Origin: Eledone cirrhosa
Lineage: Eukaryota
Assembly: GCA_964016885.1 (NCBI GenBank)
Contig: OZ024747.1
Coordinates: forward strand, 46,066,001 to 46,130,000
Direction of reading: 5' to 3'
Length of the DNA: 64,000 bases
Part shown: positions 25,284 to 40,907 of the stretch, one piece after another
How positions within the stretch are numbered: position 1 is the first letter of the stretch
How the letters are laid out: the number at the start of each line of letters is the position of its first letter
The notes under the pieces: model-generated
Seen by the model: only the letters and a program-made list of their open reading frames with translations
Database searches by the model: none
Told to the model about the DNA's origin: nothing
Translations under genes and position numbers: made by a program

Positions 25284-26356
25284 GTGAGAGAGATTAATAA
25301 AATTGTAGGAATCACAACGCCCATATGATATTGTGCTTAGCAAAAAGATTCGGTTCGATTATAACCTCATATGAGCGGAAGAACTGTTAGAGAAAGTAAG
25401 ATAGTCTAAAGAATATGATAAGAAATGAGTGAGTTGCGCACTTGAGATGGAATGAAGAGCAGCTAAGGATGGATTGAGTTGAGGCGGATCCTCTGAGAAT
25501 GAGGTGGTGGTGGTGGTGGTGGAGATAGAGATTTAGAAATGTGACATGACTGTTGTCACGTTATTTTTGTGACGAGGAGCTTGGAGAGATCCAAGGAGAA
25601 CGATTGGATGTAAATGGGGAGAAAGTTGCGGGTTAAAGCGTTTGTATGTGTGTGTGTAATGGAGCTAGTGGATGAAGGACATGAGATTGCGCATGATGGA
25701 GGGGTGAGTGTGAGGAAAGTGAGGAGAAACGTAAAGACGTGATGTGGTGGATAGAAGAGGCAAAAACACAGGAGTGGTGGGTAAGAAGAGTAAGGTGGAG
25801 AGAGGACTAGGGTGGAAGTAACGAGGTAAGAAAGAAAGAATAATTAGATGGAAATGGCGAGGAGGGAAAAGTCTGGAGAGAATAGTGAAAGAAAATTGGT
25901 GTTGAGTCGTGGGATATTGGTATAATGCAAACAACAAGGAAAAGGTCCAGTAATCAAAAGAGGTATTCAGGTGAAAGTTCAGACAGAGTGTGGGTAAAAT
26001 GTAGGAATCCAATGAATTTTGGGTGTCCACGTAAACGTTAATATAAATGCATGCAAAAGTAAACACAAACAACAAAGTAGACAACAGAAGAAATATAGAG
26101 AAATATACTAATTATGTATATAGATATAACTTTATCGTACACCTCGGCTGCTAGGAGACTTCCTAATATAAAAAGCAAATTCTATTTAATTGAGAATTTT
26201 TTTACGAACAATTTCTAAATCATTACCATTAGCCCAGTGAGTTATTTTCCTTAGTTTTCTATAAAAATGACTGCGGCAAAAATTGTTCGAGACTATATTC
26301 CTACTCTTAATCATGCATAGTTAAGAAGAAGAATCTTTCCTAATAAGTATAATAAT

Positions 26357-26544
26357 TGTTTCTACGTTTGGCACAAGGCAAGCAATTTCCCAGTGCATTA
26401 CTGGTACTTTATTTTATCGACCCCATAAGGATGAAAGGCAAAGTTAACCACGGCGGGATTTGAACTCAGAATGGCAAGGGCCGTAACTCAATACGTCAAA
26501 GCATGGCGTCCGACCCTCTACCGATACTGCCAATATACCGCCTT
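26357..26544 (-). mobile_element. tRNA-derived SINE with 11-bp TSD
   Basis: AGTATAATAAT at 26346-26356 and 26545-26555. Confidence 0.9.
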
Positions 26545-26658
26545 AGTATAATAATACCGATCAGATTCCCAGTTTATGATAGACAGAAAAATATATACTT
26601 CTTGAAATGAACTTGTCTATTCTTTCCGAGGCACAAACAATCCAGGAATCTTGTAAGC

Positions 26659-27030
26659 TATAATAATTGTTTCTACTTTTGACACAAGGCCAGCAATTAC
26701 TCAGTACATTACTGGTACTTTATTTTATCGACCCCGTAAGGATGAAAGGCAAAGTTAATCTCGACGGGATTTGAACTCAGACTGTAAAGGGACGTAACTA
26801 TGCTGGAAAGCATGGCGTCCGATCCTCTACCGATACTGCCAATTCATAGGCATAGAGCCAAAAAAATTTGGAGAATAGAGAAAAATCGATTAAATTGACC
26901 CCAGCACTTTACAGATACTTTATTTTATCGACTCCGTAAGGATGAAATACAAAGCTAGCCTCGGCGGGATTTGAACTCAGAACATAAAGTCTTGTAACGA
27001 AATGTTACATGACATTTTATCCGAGGCATT
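26659..27030 (-). mobile_element. Two adjacent SINEs (young 26659-26842, older ~26850-27030)
   Basis: Both contain TACTTTATTTTATCGAC..CGTAAGGATGAAA...GGGATTTGAACTCAG. Confidence 0.85.
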
Positions 27031-27440
27031 AATATTCTGTCAACAATAACTATAGCCACCACAGTAGATAATACACACACACACACATACACACACACAT
27101 GCACACACACACATTCACACACACACATACACACACACACACATGCACGCACACACATTCACACACACACATATACACACACACGCACACAAACACACAC
27201 ATGCAAACATATACAAACGAATTATATTTAGTCTATATTATAGAATATTTTTGTTTATAAGATACGGAATTGTCAGGGCTTGTCCTCTTTTTACACAGGA
27301 ATGTCTATGCTATGAAGCACCACCGCCGACAACAACACGCAAAAAATAAACATAGACAACACATACACACATACCAATCATTCGTTTATATAATTATACA
27401 CAGATAAACACACACATAGACACACACAGTCACACTCAAA

Positions 27441-28835
27441 ACAAGCTTTATGTTAGTGAGCCAAGTCAGTAAATCTGTTAACAAGCTGTTGCTATGTTAT
27501 ACTATATAGTAATTCAAAAGAGTTGATATGCAAATGAGATAAGTCAGTGAATGTCTTAGCAGGCTGTAACTATCTGTATATATACCAACTGTTGTATCAG
27601 TACTAGTAGGAGGTCCGTTGCAGTCTAGTCGAGTTTTCAACTTTCTCTATCTTAGTCATCCACGCTTCATCTTCTAAACCCGTTGATCCTAATATAGAGA
27701 ATGCGATACGTTCTATTGTTTGTTTCAAGGCATCATAGTGACTATCATTGCAGTTCCCTTGACTTCTCTTTTGCCTTTATTCGATGCGGTTGTCATGTTG
27801 GGTGTGTCTGCAGTTATTTAGTGGGGTTTTTGGGGGTTTTTTTAAAAGGAATTATTAGTTGCTAGCATTGCAGTTCGTTTCACTTCTGTTCTGCCCCTTC
27901 TTTCATCCCCATCGTTTGACATAGTTATCGTGTTCACTAAAAACTAACAGACACACACACACACATACACACACACACGCTCACACACATAGAAGTGTAC
28001 ACACAACAACTTTATAGGACCCTGGGACACCCACGTGGCCACATTGACTCTGAAACTTCAGACATCTACCAATTTCTACCCTTCGGCACACAAACAAACA
28101 CAACCACACAAATGACACCCCGGGACCTTTTACCCACAAGCTTTATGTTAGTGAGCCAAGTCAGTAAATCTGTTAACAAGCTGTTGCTATGTTATACTAT
28201 ATAGTAATTCAAAAGAGTTGATATGCAAATGAGATAAGTCAGTGAATGTCTTAGCAGGCTGTAACTATCTGTATATATACCAACTGTTGTATCAGTACTA
28301 GTAGGAGGTCCGTTGCAGTCTAGTCGAGTTTTCAACTTTCTCTATCTTAGTCATCCACGCTTCATCTTCTAAACCCGTTGATCCTAATATAGAGAATGCG
28401 ATACGTTCTATTGTTTGTTTCAAGGCATCATAGTGACTATCATTGCAGTTCCCTTGACTTCTCTTTTGCCTTTATTCGATGGGGTTGTCATGTTGGGTGT
28501 GTCTGCAGTTATTTAGTGTTTGTTTTTTGGGGTTTTTTTTTAAAGGAATTATTAGTTGCTAGCATTGCAGTTCGTTTCACTTCTGTTCTGCCCCTTCTTT
28601 CATCCCCATCGTTTGACATAGTTATCGTGTTCACTAAAAACTAACAGACACACACACACACACATACACACACACATACGCTCACACACATACCAGTGTA
28701 CACACAACAACTTTATAGGACCCTGGGACACCCACGTGGCCACATTGACTCTGAAACCTCAGACATCTACCAATTTCTACCCTTCGGCACACAAACAAAC
28801 ACAACCACACAAATGACACCCCGGGACCTTTTACC
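27441..28835. repeat. Tandem duplication, period ~695 bp
   Basis: ACAAGCTTTATGTTAGTGAGCC... starts at 27441 and 28136; the units are nearly identical to ...GGACCTTTTACCC. Confidence 0.95.
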
Positions 28836-29058
28836 CTTACATATGTTTCTCCTCACAGCCCTTTCTTTTCCTTAACCTCCTTTCCTAACTTTCTGCACAC
28901 TACTCATACGTCTATCAGTTCTCCCCTTATCCGAACTTTCCCAGAGAAGGACTTCTGTCCAAAATGTTGAACCCTCCTTCAATTCCTCAAAGCGTGAATC
29001 TAATATAACTGTGTAATTGTGCTTCCTGTGTTTTGTTTCGTTTCATTTATAAACTATA

Positions 29059-29123
<65 letters not shown>

Positions 29124-29183
29124 TTTATTATATTCAAATATATAAATAAAAGAATAATATATAATTGAATAAATAATAAAGAA

Positions 29184-29214
<31 letters not shown>

Positions 29215-29252
29215 CATATAAATGTGTGTATAATACACATACACATACATAA

Positions 29253-29288
<36 letters not shown>

Positions 29289-29307
29289 ATACATATATAT
29301 GTGTGTA

Positions 29308-29374
<67 letters not shown>

Positions 29375-29404
29375 TATATATATACATATATATACATATA
29401 TATG

Positions 29405-29466
<62 letters not shown>

Positions 29467-29470
29467 CATG

Positions 29471-29531
<61 letters not shown>

Positions 29532-29892
29532 CCTATACTCACCTCACGGACTCTAATGGTCAATTTGTGCATAGATAAGAAAGAAGCTTTTCAGTTAGAT
29601 TGTACAAAACTATACAAACGACAACAAAGGCTTCTCTATCTAAACACAGACACAATTTTTTTAAATATCAAAATGCGAAACTAATAAAATAAATAAGTAA
29701 ATGATAAAAAATCAAAATCAAAATTTAATCAATTATTTTGTTAACATTGATCTGATTATACAATCGACATGTTAGTGTTGTATGCTTCTATCTCTTCTCA
29801 AGTAATATTTTCTTCAGAGATAATATTTCACAGAAGTTAAGTATATACTTAGAGGTCAGTTGAACAATTTAATCTACTACATACGCAATAAT

Positions 29893-29952
<60 letters not shown>

Positions 29953-30086
29953 TATATATATACATATATATACATATATATACATATATATGTATATACA
30001 TATATATATATGTATATATATATATATATGTATTTATATATATATATATATATATGTATTTATATATATATATATATATATGTATT

Positions 30087-30119
<33 letters not shown>

Positions 30120-30346
30120 ATATATATATATGTATTTATATATATATATATATATATATGTGTGTATATATATATATGTATATATATATATGTATGTATA
30201 TATGATATACATATATACGTGTATGTATATACATACATATATAAACATAAATACGCGCCCATACGCGCACACACACGCACGCACATATATATGTGTGTAG
30301 GTATATATAAATATGTGTGCTTGTATGTATACATAAATACATACAT

Positions 30347-30387
<41 letters not shown>

Positions 30388-30411
30388 CATGTATGTAATT
30401 ATGTATACATA

Positions 30412-30484
<73 letters not shown>

Positions 30485-30696
30485 AGTTTATTTCCCAGTC
30501 TTGGTTTTCATTTTTCCATTATTGTCCTTCTATCTGCTATTCTTGTAGCTATTCCCCTACGAAGATTATAATTTAAAATTTAATTACTTTGTTAGTTTTG
30601 GGGGCTATTTTTCCGATATTTGGCTTTTGTTGTTTACTTACTATTATATTTATAACTATTTTTACTATTGATGTTTTCATTGTTTTTATTATTAAG

Positions 30697-32100
30697 CAGA
30701 TGTGTGCAATTTTCCGGCCGCTACTTTGCTCAACCTTTTACAAGATTTGATGATCTGGAGATGAGATAATTCAGCTCCTGTCTCAACAGCCTGCCGCGAC
30801 TCTCGACCAGGGAGAGTGTGTGTTGCGAAAGCATCAGCTCATCAAATAAAGTGTTAGATGTCCTGTGTGTGAAAGACAAAGTGCTAGGTCTGGATGGTCT
30901 ACCCGATGAGTCTTATTCCAGCATGTCAACTATATTCACTATTGTCTTGGCAGCTGTCAATTGTAGCTGCCAACAAATTTGGAACATTCTAAATCATATA
31001 AATCTGGGAGCAGTACAACTACTAAAAGGGGACCATAACAAAGCGTACCTAATAGAAAACTACAGGCCAGTAATCCTACTGAAGACATCTGAAAGTGTTG
31101 GTGAAGTTGCTGGCCAGGATGTGGATGTTGGTCATCGTCAGTATAGACTAGGATGCACAGACTTATCCAATCTCTGGCAGATATATCCATGACAACCTCC
31201 ACCTCATGAGATGCATCGTAGAGTGGGTGGGAAGTAAACCCGGCTTTCGCGGGGCACGGGTCAATTTAAATCAGCCAAAAGCATTTGACAGAGTAGACCA
31301 TTGCTAACTAGAGTCTTTCTTAAGAGCAGCAGGGTTTCGTCTCTTTTTCAGATGTTGGATCACCACGTTCTACAGTGGCATCTTTTCTGTAATTAAATTG
31401 AACTACCACTTATCAAAACCTTTGCATTTCGAAAGCTCGATCCGTCAAAGATGTACTCTTTCCTCTCTCCCCTATGTGCTGGCTTTAGAGCCTTTGCTAC
31501 GGAGAATAGAAATTGTAAGAGAAATTTCCACTAGAACATAGCTACAGGTGAGCCGTGTCTGCGTACGCAGATTTCCTCATTGTCATGATGTCAGACACTT
31601 TAAATATAGAAGTAGTTGGCACCATTCTGGAAAAATGCCAGCAGGTTACTGGAGCGTGTATTAAACGGATCAAATCAGCGGGCATGAAACCCAGCATATG
31701 GAAACAAATTACCACGATGGCCAGCGGAAATCTTTGCCACTAGACTGATGGTCTAGTCAAAGTGCTTGGAGTCTGATTTTGACATGAACCCCATGTAGAC
31801 AAGAACTGGGAAGAGGTCACGACTAATATAGCGAATATCATTCAGAAGTAGACAGAGAAAAAGCTGTCCCTCAAAGGTCGAGCTGAGGTGGCAAACACCT
31901 ACCTTTCTTCGGTGGTATAATACCGTCTGTCCATCGTACCATGCACCTCCTTCCAAAAAATAAAATACCTGACCAGATTAGAAAGGGCAAGTCTCGCTAG
32001 TCAGAAGATCCATCTGTTACCAACATCCACTACATGGCGACCTCGAGATGTCATCGGTGTTGATGCGCAGACATGCGCTACGGTTAATGCACCTAGGGAA
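30697..32100 (+). pseudogene. Old, decayed Tx1-clade ORF2 RT fragment
   Basis: Collinear remnants QMC..., GLDGLP.E.Y, ENYRPVILL, IHDNLHLMR, KAFDRVDH, VSAYAD, KLSLKGRAEVANTY, MRRHALRL. Confidence 0.85.
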
Positions 32101-32374
32101 CTACCTCAAAACCCGCAACGAAGATGTCAATGAACGTGAAGTCCAACCAGTGTAAATACCTTTCCTGTAACATGTCTTCCCGAGGTCGATAAATAAAGTG
32201 CCAGTTAATTAGTGGAGTCTATCTAATCGACTTTCTCCTTCCCCTAAACTTGTTGGCCTTGTAGCAATGTACCATAAGGCAGCCGATTGACCACACTATG
32301 TCTGTTACCGTAGATAAGTTGCGATTTTCGATATTAGTTCTGTGTTCATGTTTCGAATATATTCTTATACTAGC

Positions 32375-32705
32375 TACCCAGTGTTCCACCCTAGCTCCAA
32401 TGAGCCATACTGCGGTACCCTAGCTTCAAAGTGCCATATTTTCCCACACCATCTCCCCATTGCCATACGGGGTCACCCTAGCTCCATATTTCCATACTTT
32501 GTCACTGAAGCTCCCCAATTCCATAGTGTACCACCCTAGCTCCTCTGTGCCATAGTGTTCTACCCTAACTCCACTGTGCCATTGTGCGGCACCATAGCTC
32601 CGAAGTGCCATATTTTCCACCCTATCTCCCCATTGCTATACTTCGCCAGCCTAGCTCTATATTGCCATGCTGTGTCACTCAAACCCCACAATTCCATAGT
32701 GCCAC
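32375..32705. repeat. Degenerate ~25-27-bp minisatellite with higher-order repeat
   Basis: Recurrent CACCCTAGCTCC...GCCAT; the block at ~32410 is repeated at ~32585. Confidence 0.7.
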
Positions 32706-33633
32706 TTTTCATGTTACCGTTTTAGATAAATTTTATCTAGACCTCATACATTAACTGAGATGTACTTTGTTTCTTAATAGAATAGAGTCATCTTTGTAGT
32801 AGAACAAGAAACTGCATGTGAGGCTTGTTCGTTGAGTTGTCTTTACTGTGGTTTATTGTAGTTTTAGTGTAGTTTACTGACTTTTCAGTGTAGTTTACTC
32901 TTGTTTCAGATTTGTTTGCTGTTATTCTTTATGTGTGGTTTCGTATTCCTGTTACAATATTTCCCGATGTTTTAAGTGACATCTCCTTTTGTTTAAACGT
33001 GATTTTTTTGTTTTGGTTTTCATATATATATATTTGTTGTCTATGGTTGTTTTAGTGTTGTTTCCTGTTATTGCTTTAATGCTGTTTCATGTGTTTTTTT
33101 TTATGTGTGGCTTCCTTTTAGTGTTTATGTGTGATCTCCTTTTATTTAACTCTAGTTTCTTGTTATTTAATTGTGGCTACTTGATGTGTTAGTGTGGTTT
33201 CCTATTGGTCAATAAATATGGTTTCCATGTGTTATTTTTGTGTGGTTATTTGTTATTTAACTATTACTGTCTGTTATTGCTTTCTTGTGGTTTGTTATTG
33301 TTGTTTTGGTGTACTTATCGTTTGTTTAACTGTGGTTTCTTGCTGTTCTAGTGTCTCTTTTTTTATGTTTAACTGGCTTCCTGTTGTTTAAATTGTGTTT
33401 AACTGTGGCTTCCCGTTGTTTAAGCGTATTTCCTTGTTTCAATACAGTTTCATGTTGTTGTTTTACCGTGGTTTTCTACTGTTGTAGTGCCGTTTCTTGC
33501 TTTTGTTACTGTGTTTTCTGTTGGTGCTTTTACTATTATCTATTTGTTTATTTTTTAATTGTGTTCGGGCAACCCTCCTACTTAGACACTGTTAACAAGC
33601 AGGTTGAATGGTTTGCTATTTTTAATTAAATAT

Positions 33634-33722
<89 letters not shown>

Positions 33723-35022
33723 GTTAGACCGGTAAAATGCTTTCCACTCCACCACAAGATATTGGTTAGAGTATAATCAAATGGTTTGAATTTGTCGGGT
33801 GGGATGAGGGCCATATTTTTGATTAGCATTAAGAACAATCTCAGATTTTGAAAAGTACTTAGATTGATTCCTGGATGATGGAAACCCCAAATTGACCTCA
33901 GCGGGATTGCTACTCAGAATGTTAATCACAAGGCCACATAATTTATAATGGAGATTATAGTTGGCAGAGTGGTTCTGCTACTTGGCGGAATTGTTCTGCT
34001 TTCCTAGTAGAGATGTTCTATTCGAGAAATGATTGTAGGTGACTGATAGCGAATCAGCTACTAGATATGGGGATTATTTGCGATATAAGTGGGTTCCTGC
34101 TGGACGAATAAACAACCCAGAGCCAAACAGTAGTAAGCTACTAAGAGAGATGGTGCAGTGAGTATCACTGTTAGCTCTTAGAAAAAAGCTCACAACCTAG
34201 CGATGCCGTTCCAATGAGGCGAGTCACGACCACCTAAAAAGTCGCGGGTATGAGAAAATTACCATTATTGACTGGGGCGAATACGACCACCAAACACTTC
34301 TGTATGGTCAGATTATATAAAAGCAATCATACCGCATTGTCTTTCGTGTGGGAAAGCAGGAGACGATTTCTAGCTTTAGGTAGAGGGTCTTCTTCTAAAA
34401 TAATATTATAGTCTCCATCTAACAACATATTCGAATGCACATTAAGTGCATCTAGGTGCGACGACTAATCTCTCGGAGGCTGTGGTCACCAGAAAAAATA
34501 AAGGGTTCGAATATGGCAAGGCCCCTGAAGAGGATGAAATTCAGTCCGAGTTGAAAAAAGCCACATTTTTGGTATAAAACTGAAAGAAATTCACAACATG
34601 AATTAGATGCGAATTAGAAGTCGGTATAGCCATATATAGGTATTTTATAAAAATGTATTAACAGGAAAGATAAAAGGGTTCTCCGTATCTTCAAAACTGA
34701 GCATGTTCAGCTAAAGAGGGTTTTTCTGTCGTCGCCACAGTAAGATTGTAGCTATGTTATTCCATGGATAAAGACATTTCATAAATATATACTCTATAGA
34801 GTAAAGTGTAATATTCACTAGATCACATGCAAAAAAAAACAACATATTTACTCTCACTAATGGACCACGTACATAATACTTTATTTATGTATATGTGTAT
34901 GAGGGGGAGGGGGTATATTTCTCTGGGCTTCTTTTAGAATTATATATACGGAAGTCGGCGTGGGTGGATATAAGGTTGTATGTATTCATGTACGCATGTG
35001 TTATATATATACTAAGTGGATT

Positions 35023-35194
35023 GGCAGTATCGGTAGAGGGTCGGACGCCATACTTTCCAGCATAGTTATGTCTCTTTACGGGCTGAATTCAAATCCCGTC
35101 GAAGTTAACTTTGCCTTTCATCCTTACGGGGTCGATAAAATAAAGTACCAGTAATGTACTGGGTAATCGAAGGCCTTGTGCCAAACTAGAAACA

Positions 35195-35195
<1 letters not shown>
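35023..35195 (+). mobile_element. tRNA-derived SINE
   Basis: Full copy ending GGCCTTGTGCCAAACTAGAAACAAT. Confidence 0.9.
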
Positions 35196-35270
<75 letters not shown>

Positions 35271-35318
35271 ATTTATATATATAATATATACATATATATA
35301 TATATATACATACACACG

Positions 35319-35351
<33 letters not shown>

Positions 35352-35389
35352 GTATATATTTATATATTTATATATAATATATATAATAA

Positions 35390-35462
<73 letters not shown>

Positions 35463-35518
35463 CAAAGGGAGGGGGAAAGAGAGAGATAACTGCATGTCTA
35501 CAAAAATATTGACATTCC

Positions 35519-35577
<59 letters not shown>

Positions 35578-36022
35578 TGCGAACAATCACCTACTTAGTT
35601 ATCAACACAAAATATATATCACCATATTCACTCTTAACCAACCAACTAAACTGACAAACTCATACACCTAGACGCACATACAACTGTGTACACAACACAC
35701 ACACGCACACACACTCAGATAAAGTAAATACAATCACAGTAAAATTTGCAAATGTATAAATAATACTTGAATATGTCAGATACAGGTTCTGGTAGACGGT
35801 CTCTGGAACCTATTTGCCCATATTTGCATTTCTGTGATTTGTACCGAAATATTTATTGCATACATAATCTCACTTTTTTCTTCAAGTTAATATGTATATG
35901 AGATCCTTATGTTATAGCATGCTAGATAGGATACTTATTTCTGTCATATTTCAGAACTGATATCAGATAACTGCTCTCATAATTAGCAGATAAATCCAGT
36001 CGAAATAAATGAATATATAAAT

Positions 36023-36141
<119 letters not shown>

Positions 36142-36360
36142 ATGTGTGTGTACAGATTTATGTACATACATATGTATTTAATAAATATTAATGTAACGAA
36201 ACATTAAAAAAATTGCCCTCATCTCAATCAGTGTCAATGTTAAGATATGTATTAATAGGTATGCTATTGCACACATATCTAAAATTAGCATCCACTCACA
36301 CACACACACACGCACGCACGCACGCACGCACGCACGCACACATATACACATATATATATT

Positions 36361-36464
<104 letters not shown>

Positions 36465-37527
36465 CATATATATATATGCTTGCACATAAATATGTATACA
36501 GTGTATATAGAAACTAATAATTATTATCTTAGGTTATCTGTCTGAACTTTGATTTGTTCTTGTCACTGCTGTTGTTGGTGACAATATTGTTTGTCTCTTT
36601 ATAGTTGTAGTTATTTGTTAGTTTCTTTATATTATGATGCTACGGATTTACTTTTTTTTTCATTTCCCTCCAGTACATATATACTGAAATTATTCGCTTA
36701 TTTTTTTGTGTGATTTATTTTATTCTATCTCGTCTGTGGTGTTAACGTAATGCCATTGCTAATGACCGGTCAATGAAAGCGAAAGATAAAAAATATCCCA
36801 ATAAATATAAAGAGGAATATAAGCAAGTAAGCTTCATAAAGTTAATATGAATATGGTAAAAAAAGAAAAAAGAAGAAAAATAAATACGCCAACAAATATG
36901 TGCGCAAGCACATATTCTTAGGAATATACATGTGCGCAAGGACATATACAAACATATTCGCTGAAATAAATATAAATAAACACATGCGCTCCGCATACAT
37001 ATAAAAGAACCAACGCATATATATAATGTGCCCATATATTTATACAAATTTATACAAGTACACGCAGCCATTAATATGTAGAATCGTACACACGCTCACG
37101 TACAGGCAAAGATATACGTGGGTCATGGTATTAAAATAAAGAAAATAAAAGTGAATAAATAGAAAGAAAATAACAGCCCTGCATCATACGTTCCCCGCAA
37201 AAAGAATCAAAGATAAAAACAAATCTTTGCAATATTGCACACAACAAACTATCTTTGATAAAAGCAACAGTGTCGGAAAAATCCAGAAGCCATATTACAA
37301 AGTAGATTAAACGACATATACGGAAAAATAACCAAAACATTGCATTCATACAGACATACATACATACGTACATATAAACTTATGTATATTTACATATACA
37401 TGCATACATGTATGTGTGTGTGTATGCTTGAATATGCTTAAACATATATATATACATGTATATATACATATATATTTATATGTATATACGTTTATATTTA
37501 TCTATCTATCTACATATATATATCTAC

Positions 37528-37561
<34 letters not shown>

Positions 37562-37566
37562 ATGTA

Positions 37567-37620
<54 letters not shown>

Positions 37621-37977
37621 GGTCTGTGTATGTGAGTGTGTGTATGTGTCTCTGCCTCTGTGTATGTATGCACATGTTTATGAGCTGAAAACGTTATCGG
37701 ACATTGACATTTGATGTGTGTGTTTATATGTATGTGAGTGGATGTATAAAAATGTGTGATTATATGTATATGTTTGACTGCATATATGTGTGTGATTATA
37801 TGTATATGTTTGACTGTATATGTGTGTGTGATTATATGGACGTGTGTGACTGCATGTATGCGTATGATCATATGTATGTGTGTGATTGTATATATAATTC
37901 GGCTTGCGTTTATGTATGAATTTATGAGAATAATGTTAGAAAATGGATGGGAAAGAAAAAAATAATGATATGAAGAC

Positions 37978-38106
<129 letters not shown>

Positions 38107-38290
38107 ATATATATATGCATATATATATATATGTAAATATATATATAAATACATATATATATGTATGTATGTAAATATATATATATAAATATGTATATAT
38201 ACACATATATATATACATATATATACATACATATATATATATATATACATATATATACATATATACATACACATATATATATATATATAT

Positions 38291-38343
<53 letters not shown>

Positions 38344-38362
38344 CACATATATATATGTATAT

Positions 38363-38434
<72 letters not shown>

Positions 38435-38969
38435 TAGATAGTGTCAATGAGATACACGGGGTGAGTTAGCGTCAGCAGAGTGATCATCATAAAAGTAATG
38501 AATGAATATGGAAATTTAAGTAAATTAATCCAAAACACTCTGATTCATTATGGTCACTTACTTACTATCTTCGACTTATCGTTCCCAGGAAAAATTACTA
38601 ATGAATAATTCAGCTAGTTATTTCTCACTAAAGCCAAGAGATAGTACACTGCAAAACTTGAAACAAACTAAACTATCACCAGAGTGTGATGGATGGAAAG
38701 ATATATTGCCTCATGTGTTCCGATTTGCTAACAAGTAATATGTGTGTATATATGTATGTGGTTATATGTATTACTGCTATCTGTATGTATTTATATGTGT
38801 AAAGAGAGGGAGTGAGAGCGAGAGACAGGGGGTAATTGCAAAGGTGATGTAACGACTTATGTGAATATGTGTAATCTATCTACATATGAATATGCATGCA
38901 TGTATATATATATATATATATATATACCCTAACCGTACGTTGTATATATATATATATACAACCGTACGT

Positions 38970-39013
<44 letters not shown>

Positions 39014-39022
39014 ACCGTACGT

Positions 39023-39062
<40 letters not shown>

Positions 39063-39142
39063 CCTAACCGTACGTTGAAACCATCCATGAAACTGGCTTT
39101 CTTAACCAAGAACTGGATCACAATAAACAATTTTTTGCTTCT

Positions 39143-39196
<54 letters not shown>

Positions 39197-39514
39197 AGGC
39201 ATGCGTGTATATATTTATATATGGATGTATATATATATAGAGAGAGAGAGAGACAGGGGAGAGAGGGAGGAAGAGAAAGAGAGAGGGTCACATACATATA
39301 TCCATATATACCCATATTGATATATAGACATATCCATGTATAAATGTATATAAACATTGCAATATATCTATCAATATAGGTATGTGTTATATAATTATAT
39401 GTATATATATGGATGTTTATTCCTAAGTAAATGCATGCTTCCCCGGAGATAAGTGTTTGCGTGTGCTTGTGTATGGTGTGTTAATGGCTATATATATATA
39501 TATATATATATGTA

Positions 39515-39557
<43 letters not shown>

Positions 39558-40763
39558 TTGTTACTACTATTTTTCCCCTTTTTATTTTGTTGATATGAAT
39601 TGTAAATGTTAATATGCTTATTGGATCCAGAGAATATTACACTGGTAAAAGAGTTGCTAGTTGTGTGATTGACCTCTAAGTGGAATTCAGTAAATGTCAA
39701 ATATGGATTGGGCTGGTCAAGGATTTCAAATAAGACATAACATGTATTTTTTTACATTGAAATTGAAAGCATTGTTTGACGAATAGAAAGATTAATTCCA
39801 AATCCAGAACTAAATCAGGTGGAAAATTTCAGGGTAAATTAGGTATTTAGTAAACAAACTAATTTTCTGTACTTAGTTATATTTCTTAGTAGTTATTCGT
39901 TTATTAGGAATTTTCCCTAAGCTTTGCTTCATTATATATTTTATATCTGCAACGTCCATTATTTTCCTTTGTTTTCTACTGATTATTTTCTGTGGCTTTA
40001 GAATCCAGAAACGAACGAACTGTTTCTACTGTGTCTAACCCCAACTGGGATAGAGTCAAAGTTAAATGTGTGGAGAAACGAACAAATCTCTTGAAATATG
40101 TTTTCCTCCTTTCCCTGAATTCTTAATTGAGTTGTAACCTTTCACACCAACAACCAAACCTTCCTCGAATCATCTTGTGCTATCCATCTAATAGAAATAT
40201 GATGGAATAAATTAACATCAGTTTCTACGAATAGTCTTTTAGTTGTTCGAGCATCAGTAAATGACTGTTGACGTGTTTATACGTGGCGTAATCCTCAGGG
40301 AATTTCAATGTGATCCTCTCTGTGATAAGGATGGTCCTTTGAAATAAAGGTACATTTTATCCAACTACTTCTAATTTCTCTAACAAGGCTTGAGAAGATA
40401 CAGTAAATGTCCCTTGCCCAAGCTGCCAAGTAGTGGAACCATGTTCGTGTCTTTGTGACTGCGAAGAGAAGATCGTATATATTCGGTCGTGTTGGGCCCA
40501 CTAAATAGAAATGGAAGAAATGAATAATGAACTGAAAGATATTGTATATCTGAGTAAAACAATGTACAGTACACCAGCCCTGCTGTGTCCAAACTCCAGA
40601 CTCTCTGAGTGATTACTCTCATTAAGATGTTTAACGCCTTCATATAGAGGGCAAAGACAGTGTTGCAAATAATACATAAATCGAACTAGAATAATTCAAA
40701 ATGTTCAACTGACAATTCAAATGTAGGATCATTTATATATACATACACCACACACACAGACTT

Positions 40764-40855
<92 letters not shown>

Positions 40856-40907
40856 TTGTGGGGGTGTGTGTGCATGTGTGTGCGTGTGTATGTGTATATA
40901 TATATAT

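Noticed and set aside
34180-34500. Possible RTE fossil (HQTLLYGQI)
   Set aside because: Only one short motif; not enough to annotate.
34520-34560. CTGAAGA followed by a hairpin
   Set aside because: GAAA is replaced by GAGT, and stems I and III are absent.
39960-40530. Possible host exons (acceptor-like tracts near 40000 + and 40501 -)
   Set aside because: All frames hit stops, there are no convincing donors, and no protein similarity was recognisable.
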